64,000 nt of DNA, taken from positions 149,278-213,277 of the forward strand of contig CAZENT010000001.1 of NCBI GenBank assembly GCA_964513845.1, in the 5' to 3' direction. Numbering within the stretch: the stretch's first letter is position 1; each line of letters starts with the position of its first letter. Below are positions 39,015 through 47,083 of this stretch, one piece after another. The position numbers and the translations under genes were made by a program. This DNA comes from an uncultured Pseudomonadales bacterium. GTDB lineage: Bacteria > Patescibacteriota > Microgenomatia > UBA1400 > MFAQ01. Under the pieces are notes generated by a model. That model saw only the letters and a program-made list of their open reading frames with translations. It did no database searches and had not been told where the DNA came from.

Positions 39015-40484
39015 TTAGGGGGCAGGCGTGGCGGCAGGAGCAGCGACTAATCCGTATTGAGACAGAACTTGAATGAATCCGCTATTTAGGGTGGAAAGTG
39101 ACTTAGCTGAGTCTTGGTTTTGGGCTACAGCGTTGACGGCATCTTCCAGATATTTTATTAGGCGTGAGTTAAGGGCGGTTTTGGCATCTCTGGTGTTGCT
39201 GGCGGTGTAGAAAGTGCGAGCCGTGTCTAGGCTTGTTACGTAGGGAGCAACGACAGGATTGTTTTGAGCTAGATTAGCCACGGCTTTATTTGCCGGTGCT
39301 TGGGGATACTCTCTGTCTGCCAGTGCAGCATCAAACAAAATTTGTTGAGCTTTGGCTGAGGCTAGGAAACTAATAAATTTCCAGGCTTCCTGAGGATGTT
39401 TGGAGTTTTTACCAACAGCTTCAAACCAAAACGAGGTCCAGTTGACGGTATCTGAGTCCGGAAGTTGAGGAACGGAAACGGTTTGCCAAGAAAGAGAAGG
39501 GTTGATCGCCTTGATCTCCGGTGCCCTCCAGATGGGAGCAATAATCATAGCAACCTTTTCATTGGCAAAAGCAACGGTTGAGGGTGGCATGGTGTCATCC
39601 CAAACTCTGTGCTTCGTAACAAAATCAGTGTAATAGGTAATTGTGGCAGCAACTTCGGCACCTTTTAGATCGGTGAGCTTAACACCTGCCTGAAGAAGCA
39701 TTAGACTTACGATATCGGACCAGTTGTCTACATTGGAGGTGTTCCCTAGAGCAATACCGGCGCGATTTAGCCTGCCTGTAAGCGGATCAACTTCTTTGAG
39801 AGTTTTGGCGGCGGTAAGAACATCTTCCCAGGTTTTGGGCGGAGTAAGTGATTTTTGTTGAAACATGGCGTTGTTTACATATAAAGCAAGCCCGTCCATA
39901 GCAATAGGAACACCATATACCTGAGTTCCAGAAACTAACATCTTGGACACAATGGGGTAAAAATTGGTGGACATTTCTGTAGCCGAAACAGAGTTGGCTG
40001 GAGCCGGAAAAAGATTCTTGGCAAATAAAGGAAGCCAGGTGGAATGAAGCCTGACAATGTCTGGCGAGCTTTGACCCTCGAGAGCGGTTTTGAGACGATC
40101 TTGGTAATCTTGAGGGCTTTGTAACTGATAGCTGATTTTTATACCTGGATTTTGTTTCTCGAACTCATCAATAACTGGCTTCATAACCGATGATGGCTCC
40201 CAAAGTCCGTAATAAGTAAGCGAAACGGTTTGCCCTGAAGTAACAGATTGAGAAGTTGATTTTGAACCAAGAAGTTTGGAAACACCAAAAACTATTAGCC
40301 CAATTACGATAACGCCGGCGAGGATAGGAAGAATAATTTTGAGCGGAGAAGGCTTAACAACGGGTGGCTTGGCTGAGTCTGGAGCTTGATAGCTGGGTGG
40401 TGGTGGAGTAGCTTCTTCCGGTGTGGGTAAAGGAGTTACATCCCCTGGTGTTGATGGTCCTGGAATTGGGAATTGATTGTCCAT
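39015..40484 (-). CDS. Extracellular solute-binding protein family 1 (sugar-binding-like)
   Basis: TM anchor, 'YYGLWE', 'PDI', 'VYGVP', 'PPKTWE', 'EAWKFISFL'. Confidence 0.85.
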   Translation of the reverse strand: MDNQFPIPGPSTPGDVTPLPTPEEATPPPPSYQAPDSAKPPVVKPSPLKIILPILAGVIVIGLIVFGVSKLLGSKSTSQSVTSGQTVSLTYYGLWEPSSVMKPVIDEFEKQNPGIKISYQLQSPQDYQDRLKTALEGQSSPDIVRLHSTWLPLFAKNLFPAPANSVSATEMSTNFYPIVSKMLVSGTQVYGVPIAMDGLALYVNNAMFQQKSLTPPKTWEDVLTAAKTLKEVDPLTGRLNRAGIALGNTSNVDNWSDIVSLMLLQAGVKLTDLKGAEVAATITYYTDFVTKHRVWDDTMPPSTVAFANEKVAMIIAPIWRAPEIKAINPSLSWQTVSVPQLPDSDTVNWTSFWFEAVGKNSKHPQEAWKFISFLASAKAQQILFDAALADREYPQAPANKAVANLAQNNPVVAPYVTSLDTARTFYTASNTRDAKTALNSRLIKYLEDAVNAVAQNQDSAKSLSTLNSGFIQVLSQYGLVAAPAATPAP

Positions 40485-40549
40485 AATAAAATATCAGCTA
40501 AAATAGTAGAGTTGGATTGTACACCACACTCTATTAGAGTATAGCAAGA

Positions 40550-42265
40550 ATGAATAAATTTAAAAACCTGATATGGATACTGGTAATCAGTATTTTAGCG
40601 ATAGGAGCGGCTTATGCCGGATATCGTCTGGCGTTTAGAAGTCTAATTTTTCCAAAAGTATCCGTGGCCGGAATTGCCGTTGGAGGCATGGATAAAGTTA
40701 CAGCACTAAAGCTAGTTAATAAATATTTCACTACAAACCCGAACTCGATAATACTGAGAATAAATGAAAAAGAGATCGATAACCTGGGCGAGATAGGTGT
40801 CGTGCGTGATTTTAACTGGGCTGTGGAACAAGCTTTTATGGTAGGACGAAATGGTAATCTACTCACCCAGATTGCAGAGCAGTTTAATACACTCTTTTAC
40901 TCTAGAGATATATCTGTGCCGATTAACTACGATGAAGAAGAGTTGGCCGGACTTGTCGACCAGCTAGCAACTGATTACAACCAAAAACCTGTTTGGCCAA
41001 AATTGACGGTTGAAAACAATGTAATCGTGGCTGTTCCCGGAAAAGACGGTATTGAGATTAATAAGAACGCTTTGGTTGGCGACGTAAAAAAAAGCTGGTC
41101 TTTACCAGACAAACAAATCGTGGATGTATCTCGTGAAGTTGTATCGGTTAAGGAGAATAAAGAGTTGGTGAATCAAGCAATTTCATCATTAAATAAATGG
41201 GGTGATAAAAAGTTGATTCTTAAACAAGAAAATTTTGAAACTAGCTTGGAAAAAAATGAGATGATGTCTCTTTTTGGGCTCAACAAAGAGTTAATAAATG
41301 AAGATCAGTTTAAAACTTTAATGGCCAGAATCCAACAACAAGTGGAAACAGACCCAAAAGATGCGGTGTTTCGCTTTGAAGGAGGAAAGGTGCTTGAGTT
41401 TAAGCCTGAGATCATCGGAAGGGTGATTGATGTACCGGCGTTCAATGAAAAATTAGCTCAAGCTTTAATTGCGGCCGACAATGAAGTGTTAGAAATTCCA
41501 GTGATTGTGTCTTACCCAAAAATTAAAGCAGAAGATGTTAACAGTTTAGGAATTAAAGAGTTATTAGGAGAAGGAAAATCGTCTTTCTCACACTCGATCC
41601 CTGGAAGAGTTTTTAATGTGAATCTGGCCTCTTCACGAATTAACAGCACGGTTGTGGCTCCAGGAGAAGTGTTTTCTTTTAATAACTCTGTGGGTGATAT
41701 TTCAAGAGCATCTGGTTATCAGTCGGCATACATCATTAGTGGAGGTAAAACAGTTCTAGGTGATGGTGGTGGAGTATGCCAAGTGTCAACAACGGTCTTT
41801 CGAGCTGCTTTGAATGCCGGATTACCAATTACCGAGAGAAAAGCTCATGCGTATAGAGTTGGTTACTACGAACAGGACAGCAAGCCTGGAATTGACGCGA
41901 CAGTGTACAACCCAACAGCTGATTTGAAGTTTGTGAACGATACCGGAAATCATATATTGATTCAAACAAATGTCGATACAAAAAATTACAAGATGAGTGT
42001 GCAAATTTACGGAACAAAAGATGGAAGAGTGGCAATAGTCTCTGAGCCAAAAATTTCCGGACAGTCGGCTCCTCCAGCAACTTTATATGTCGACGATCCC
42101 ACTCTCCCTCTCGGGCAGATGAAACAGATTGATTGGTCGGCTTGGGGAGCAAAGGTGTCTTTTAACTACAAAGTGATGCGGGGAACTGAAACTGTTTTGG
42201 AAAAAACTTTTTACAGCAATTATCAGCCGTGGCAGGCGATTTATCTTAAGGGGACGAAGATATAG
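40550..42265 (+). CDS. VanW-family protein with peptidoglycan-binding repeats
   Basis: 'VAPGEVFSFN', 'GGGVCQVSTT', 'ERKAH', 'GIDATV', 'DLKFVND'. Confidence 0.9.
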   Translation: MNKFKNLIWILVISILAIGAAYAGYRLAFRSLIFPKVSVAGIAVGGMDKVTALKLVNKYFTTNPNSIILRINEKEIDNLGEIGVVRDFNWAVEQAFMVGRNGNLLTQIAEQFNTLFYSRDISVPINYDEEELAGLVDQLATDYNQKPVWPKLTVENNVIVAVPGKDGIEINKNALVGDVKKSWSLPDKQIVDVSREVVSVKENKELVNQAISSLNKWGDKKLILKQENFETSLEKNEMMSLFGLNKELINEDQFKTLMARIQQQVETDPKDAVFRFEGGKVLEFKPEIIGRVIDVPAFNEKLAQALIAADNEVLEIPVIVSYPKIKAEDVNSLGIKELLGEGKSSFSHSIPGRVFNVNLASSRINSTVVAPGEVFSFNNSVGDISRASGYQSAYIISGGKTVLGDGGGVCQVSTTVFRAALNAGLPITERKAHAYRVGYYEQDSKPGIDATVYNPTADLKFVNDTGNHILIQTNVDTKNYKMSVQIYGTKDGRVAIVSEPKISGQSAPPATLYVDDPTLPLGQMKQIDWSAWGAKVSFNYKVMRGTETVLEKTFYSNYQPWQAIYLKGTKI

Positions 42266-42271
42266 AAGTTA

Positions 42272-42442
42272 ATCTTCTCGTTTCTTCCGTGCATATCCAT
42301 ATAAAAAACCAGATGCTCTTTCACCCAGCGTGAAAGCCATCTATTTTTTGCAGCCGAAAATTCTTGGAGTACCAAGAAACCAGGCTTTTCGGCTTTGCGC
42401 AATATTTTTTATATTGGACATGCACTACGAAACTACGAAGAT
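42272..42442. ncRNA. Candidate structured non-coding RNA (possibly 6S-like); strand unresolved
   Basis: Long interrupted closing stem of about 30 bp enclosing two hairpins, paired by eye. Confidence 0.5.
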
Positions 42443-42477
42443 GTTATTAGGTGTTCGCCTTGATATAAAATAGTGGA

Positions 42478-43506
42478 ATGAAAATATTAGCCATCGAGAG
42501 TACTTGCGATGAAACTGCGGCAGCGGTGGTGGAAAATTGTGGGGCGGGAGTAAAAATTCTATCCAATGTGGTGGCTAGCTCGATGTTGATGCACCAAAAA
42601 TATGGCGGAATTGTACCGGAAGTGGCTGCGAGAGAACAAATAAAAAGCATTGTGCCCGTAATCACGGAAGCTGTCGGCGAAGATAAAGATAATGTTCAAG
42701 GAATTGCTGTGAGCTACGGTCCGGGATTAATGGGGAGTCTTTTGATGGGAGTGGAGTCTGCAAAAGCCTTGGCTTGGGCTTGGAGCAAACCTCTTTATTC
42801 TGTAAATCACATGGCGGCGCATGTTTTTGCCAACTGGATTGTGGAAGAGGAGCTTGGAAGCGTGCCAGAGTTCCCTTGTGTTGGCTTGGTGGTGAGCGGG
42901 GGGCACACTGATTTAGTCTTAATGAAGAACGTGAAAGATTGGCAGTGGATTGGTGGAACTCGTGATGATGCCGTTGGGGAAGCTTTTGATAAAGCAGCTA
43001 GGCTTCTTGGACTGCCCTACCCTGGCGGTCCCGAAATATCTAAAGCAGTAGAAAGAGTCACCGAAGAAATGAAAGAGAAATTTGGAAACAAATATAGATT
43101 GCCGCGACCACTTTTGAATGAAGACAGTCTTGATATGAGTTTTTCAGGATTAAAAGCAGCGATTTCGAAAGTTGTGACTGGGCTTGAAAAAATCGATGAT
43201 GAAACTCGCGATATGTTGGCCTGGGAGTTTTCGGAAGCAGTAATTGAAATACTGGTTAAAAAAACCATGAAGGCGGTAGAAATATACAGACCAAGGAGTG
43301 TATTGATGGCCGGAGGTGTAGCGGCAAACAAACAGCTTCGAGAAAAGTTAAGGCTGGAAGTGGAAAATTCCGAGAGAAAGTTTTTTTGTCCTGAACTAAA
43401 ATATTGTGGAGATAATGCGGCCATGGTGGGAGCTGTGGCAATACTGTCTCCTCATGAAGTAAAAGTGGCGGAGTTAAAACCAGATCCGAGTGTGGCTACG
43501 GTTTAA
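42478..43506 (+). CDS. tsaD: tRNA N6-adenosine threonylcarbamoyltransferase TsaD
   Basis: 'IESTCDET', 'GGIVPEVA', 'NHMAAH', 'VSGGHT', 'DDAVGEAFDK', 'DNAAM'. Confidence 0.95.
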   Translation: MKILAIESTCDETAAAVVENCGAGVKILSNVVASSMLMHQKYGGIVPEVAAREQIKSIVPVITEAVGEDKDNVQGIAVSYGPGLMGSLLMGVESAKALAWAWSKPLYSVNHMAAHVFANWIVEEELGSVPEFPCVGLVVSGGHTDLVLMKNVKDWQWIGGTRDDAVGEAFDKAARLLGLPYPGGPEISKAVERVTEEMKEKFGNKYRLPRPLLNEDSLDMSFSGLKAAISKVVTGLEKIDDETRDMLAWEFSEAVIEILVKKTMKAVEIYRPRSVLMAGGVAANKQLREKLRLEVENSERKFFCPELKYCGDNAAMVGAVAILSPHEVKVAELKPDPSVATV

Positions 43507-43527
43507 AAATGGGGTTAAAATAATGAA

Positions 43528-43983
43528 ATGATGGATTCATCTTCAGAAATTGTTGGGGGTTTGGGAGTGGCTAAAAACACAGAAGAGCCAAAAACAATAA
43601 TTGATGGTTTGAGCGAAGTGCCTGAGAACATTGTACAAGAGGAAACAATTGGAGATTTAGGAGTTACCTTAGAAGATTCTCCTGTAATTGAAGTTGAGGA
43701 ACCTCTAACTGGAGACTGGATAACTATTGGACTCATAGGCGTTAAGCGACCTAATCCCGAGTTTGTTTCTGAAGATGAGGCTGTAAACTTGTTGGATGAG
43801 GTATTTCTTAAATTAAGAAAGGTGGCTGGAATGAAAGATGAGCTCAAGAAACAATTTGGTGATTTGTCTGACAAGTGTATTGATTTGATAAATAAATTGA
43901 AACGAGGGGAAATGTCTGCAAAAGAAGCGTTGAGCCAGCTTGATGGGGAAAAACAAAATGATGATAAAATAGAGGAGCGTTGA
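43528..43983 (+). CDS. Hypothetical acidic protein
   Basis: 151-aa ORF co-oriented between tsaD and valS; no family recognised. Confidence 0.55.
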   Translation: MMDSSSEIVGGLGVAKNTEEPKTIIDGLSEVPENIVQEETIGDLGVTLEDSPVIEVEEPLTGDWITIGLIGVKRPNPEFVSEDEAVNLLDEVFLKLRKVAGMKDELKKQFGDLSDKCIDLINKLKRGEMSAKEALSQLDGEKQNDDKIEER

Positions 43984-44161
43984 TCGAGGCTTGTCACTTC
44001 GGGAGCAAGGGAAGAAATCAAAGAAAACTTTTATAGATTCCGGATCAAGTCCGGAATGACTTTGAAACTAGAACCCAAATAAACAAGTACAATACGAGGT
44101 GGTACCGCCTGAAATGGCCCTCGTTAGTCCCCTTCACCGGAGATTAACGAGGGCTTTTTTT
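43977..44161 (+). promoter_or_regulatory. T-box riboswitch leader of valS (antiterminator and terminator clear; Stem I atypical)
   Basis: GAGG-TGGTACC-GCC-TGAAAT-GGC-CCTC antiterminator (about 44096-44122); terminator GCCCTCGTTA...TAACGAGGGC-T7; extended -10 TGaTAAAAT at 43962-70. Confidence 0.88.
44035..44060. repeat. REP-like palindrome AGATTCCGGATCAAGTCCGGAATGAC
   Basis: Hairpin with AGAT...ATGAC ends; near-copy at 44181-44206. Confidence 0.8.
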
Positions 44162-44180
44162 AATATAGAATTATTTATAT

Positions 44181-44206
44181 AGATTTCGGGTCAAGCCCGG
44201 AATGAC
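44181..44206. repeat. REP-like palindrome AGATTTCGGGTCAAGCCCGGAATGAC
   Basis: Near-copy of 44035-44060 with a compensatory stem change. Confidence 0.8.
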
Positions 44207-44214
44207 AAAGAAAA

Positions 44215-46302
44215 ATGAATAAAAATTACGACCACACACAGTACGAAGATAAACTCTATAAAACTTGGGAGGAAAGTGGCGTGTTTACTCCCCCGACAGG
44301 AGAAGAGTTAAAAAAGAGCGGTAAGAAACCTTTTACAATTATCATGCCTCCACCCAATGCAAATGACCCATTGCATATTGGGCACGCGATGTTTGTGACG
44401 ATTGAAGATATTTTTATTCGCTTTCATCGTATGAAAGGTGAGGCTGCCTTGTGGCTTCCAGGCACGGATCATGCAGGAATTGAAACACAGTTTGTTTTTG
44501 AGAAAAAGCTAGCCAAAGAAGGCAAGAGTAGATTTGATTTTGATCGTGATGCTTTATACAAAATGATTTGGGATTATGTAAAGAAAAATGGAGAAGTGGC
44601 CATCAACCAAATGAAGAAGTTAGGAGCGACCGCTGACTGGAGCAGATATAAATTTACGCTCGACCCTGAGATTGTGACCGAGGTAATTAATACTTTTAAG
44701 AAGTTACACGAGGACGGGCTAATCTACCGGGCCGAAAAATTGGTGAATTACTGTACTAAGTGCGGCACTGCGTATTCTGAGCTTGAGGTAGAACACCAAG
44801 AGAGAGAGGACAAGATTTATACGATCGACTATGGCTTATTGAAAGTGGCCACTACAAGACCCGAAACCATGTTGGGTGACACAGCTGTAGCTGTAAACCC
44901 TAAAGACAGTAGATTTAAAAATTTAATTGGCAAAACGGTTACGGTGCCGCTTATTAATAGGGTGATTCCCATCATTGGAGATGAAATGGTGGATATGGAG
45001 TTCGGGACAGGAGCAGTAAAAATTACTCCAGCACATGATCCAAATGACTGGGAAGTTGGAGTTCGACATAATTTGGAAACAATAGCCGTTATCGGCACAA
45101 ATGGAAAAATGACGAGTGATGCGGGTGAGTATGCCGGACTATCGGTGGCTGCTTGCAGAGAAAAAATATTAGAAGATTTGAGGATCAAGTTGGTGGAAGT
45201 AAAACCATACTCTCACAGCGTGGGTGTTTGTTATCGCTGCGGACGCACGATTGAACCGCTACCTATCAAACAGTTCTTTATCAAAGTAAAACCCTTGACA
45301 GAAAAAGCTTTGGCTGCTCTCGACTCAAAAGAGACCAGAATTCTAGGTGCGGGAAGAGACAAGATTTTGCGTCACTGGCTAACGAACCTCCGCGACTGGA
45401 ATATTAGCCGACAGATTGTCTGGGGAATTCGTATGCCTGTATGGTACAAAGACGAGAACAAAACTGAGTATGTGGTTTCGGAAATATCGCCAGGCGAAGG
45501 ATATATTCAAGAAACAGATACTTTTGATACCTGGTTCTCTTCCGGTCAATGGCCCGTGGTTACTTTGAAAACAAATAAACCCGGAGATTTCGAAGCATAT
45601 TATCCGACTGACATTATGGAAACTGCATACGACATTCTCCCCTTCTGGGTGATGAGAATGATGCTTTTGTCTATTTACTTAACTGGAAAATCACCGTTTA
45701 AGTATGTATATCTTCATGGTTTAGTGCGAGATGAAAAAGGACAAAAAATGAGTAAGAGTAAGGGAAATGCAATTAATCCCCTTGATCTGTGCACAAAATA
45801 CGGCACAGATTCAGTACGTATGGCTCTGGTGATGAGCACCACGGCAGGACAAGATAGTAATACGGGTGAAAATAAAGTGCGAGGAATGCGAAATTTTGGA
45901 AACAAGATTTGGAATGCAGGAAGATATATTGATGAGCTTAAGAACCCAAGAGCTCAAGAGCCAAAGGATGAAGAGAGTTTAACTGTTAAAACCAATACCG
46001 GTGAAAAAGATGAGGAGTTCAAAATTAAACTACTGAGCGTCACCAAAGAGATAACCAAGCTCCTTGATCAGATGAAGGTTGGGCTGGCGTCTGAGACGGT
46101 CTACAACGAGTTCTGGCATTGGTTTTGTGATGAGGGTATTGAACTGAACAAGCAAAAACTAGTTAGTGACACGGCTTTGAATGAGGGATACAAAACAATG
46201 CTAGCCCTGCTCCACCCGTTTGTGCCTTTTGTAACTGAAGCAGTATGGCAAGAAATGTATGCAAATGAGGGAATGTTAATCTCATATTCGTGGCCAAAAT
46301 AG
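44215..46302 (+). CDS. valS: Valyl-tRNA synthetase (short, lacks the C-terminal coiled coil)
   Basis: 'PPPNAN..LHIGH', 'ATTRPET', 'GTGAVKITPAHD', 'DWNISRQ', 'DTWFSS', 'KMSKS'. Confidence 0.95.
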   Translation: MNKNYDHTQYEDKLYKTWEESGVFTPPTGEELKKSGKKPFTIIMPPPNANDPLHIGHAMFVTIEDIFIRFHRMKGEAALWLPGTDHAGIETQFVFEKKLAKEGKSRFDFDRDALYKMIWDYVKKNGEVAINQMKKLGATADWSRYKFTLDPEIVTEVINTFKKLHEDGLIYRAEKLVNYCTKCGTAYSELEVEHQEREDKIYTIDYGLLKVATTRPETMLGDTAVAVNPKDSRFKNLIGKTVTVPLINRVIPIIGDEMVDMEFGTGAVKITPAHDPNDWEVGVRHNLETIAVIGTNGKMTSDAGEYAGLSVAACREKILEDLRIKLVEVKPYSHSVGVCYRCGRTIEPLPIKQFFIKVKPLTEKALAALDSKETRILGAGRDKILRHWLTNLRDWNISRQIVWGIRMPVWYKDENKTEYVVSEISPGEGYIQETDTFDTWFSSGQWPVVTLKTNKPGDFEAYYPTDIMETAYDILPFWVMRMMLLSIYLTGKSPFKYVYLHGLVRDEKGQKMSKSKGNAINPLDLCTKYGTDSVRMALVMSTTAGQDSNTGENKVRGMRNFGNKIWNAGRYIDELKNPRAQEPKDEESLTVKTNTGEKDEEFKIKLLSVTKEITKLLDQMKVGLASETVYNEFWHWFCDEGIELNKQKLVSDTALNEGYKTMLALLHPFVPFVTEAVWQEMYANEGMLISYSWPK

Positions 46303-46311
46303 AATTAATAC

Positions 46312-46341
46312 AAAAAGACCCGCCTGAGCGGGTCTTTTTTT
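46312..46341. terminator. Bidirectional intrinsic terminator
   Basis: AAAAAGACCCGC-CTGA-GCGGGTCTTTTTTT between convergent valS and rplY. Confidence 0.85.
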
Positions 46342-46355
46342 GAGTTACTAATTTC

Positions 46356-47045
46356 TTATTCTTTAGGAGTTTCTTCGGACTTGGCTTCACCTTCAGCTGG
46401 TTTTTCACTTTCAGCGCCTTCTGCTGGAGTTTCGGCACCGGTTGCATCTTCGGAAACTTCTTCGGTAACGAGAGGCTCTTCTTCTTTTTGAGGTTCTTGT
46501 AGAGAGACAACCATTTGTTCAGGGTCTGTCTTGATTTCAACTTCAGCACCAACTTTGGCATCGGAAACCAAGAGGTGATCGCCAATTTCTTTCAGCGAAC
46601 TGATGTCAAAAACGATACTTTCCGGAATTTCAGTTGGTAATGCTTCAATTTCAATTTCATTTAGAGATTGAGAGAGAACGGCCATGTTGGACGAAATCAG
46701 TTCTGACTCACCAATTATTTCAACAGGTACATTGGCGGTAACTTTTTCTTTAAGATTGACTTGGTGAAAATCAACATGCATTTTGTCACCAGTCATTGGA
46801 CTGAAAGCGACAGAAGTAACAAGGGTGGGGCGTTCTTTGTCTTCTCCTTCGACCTTAACCCAGATAAGACTGGTTTCGCCAGCTTCTTTGTAAACACGAT
46901 TGAAGTCGACGGCGTTAACTTGGATGGCCTGACTTTCAATGGTTTTTCCAAATAGATTGGCTGGTACAATACCTGTTCGGCGAAGTTGTTTAACCTTACT
47001 ACCCAGAACGGTTCTTTTGTCGGCTTTCAATATATACTTTTGCAT
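46356..47045 (-). CDS. rplY: 50S ribosomal protein bL25/CTC
   Basis: 'LRRTGIVPANLFG', 'HVDF', 'EALP..IPE', acidic tail. Confidence 0.93.
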   Translation of the reverse strand: MQKYILKADKRTVLGSKVKQLRRTGIVPANLFGKTIESQAIQVNAVDFNRVYKEAGETSLIWVKVEGEDKERPTLVTSVAFSPMTGDKMHVDFHQVNLKEKVTANVPVEIIGESELISSNMAVLSQSLNEIEIEALPTEIPESIVFDISSLKEIGDHLLVSDAKVGAEVEIKTDPEQMVVSLQEPQKEEEPLVTEEVSEDATGAETPAEGAESEKPAEGEAKSEETPKE

Positions 47046-47083
47046 GAGTCGTATTGTAACTTATTAGCTTCAGCTAATCAAGT

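Noticed and set aside
42341-42421. 26-aa minus-strand ORF MSNIKNIAQSRKAWFLGTPRIFGCKK as a transposase remnant or small peptide
   Set aside because: No SD, no IS ends, and it lies wholly inside the paired structure; better explained as a by-product
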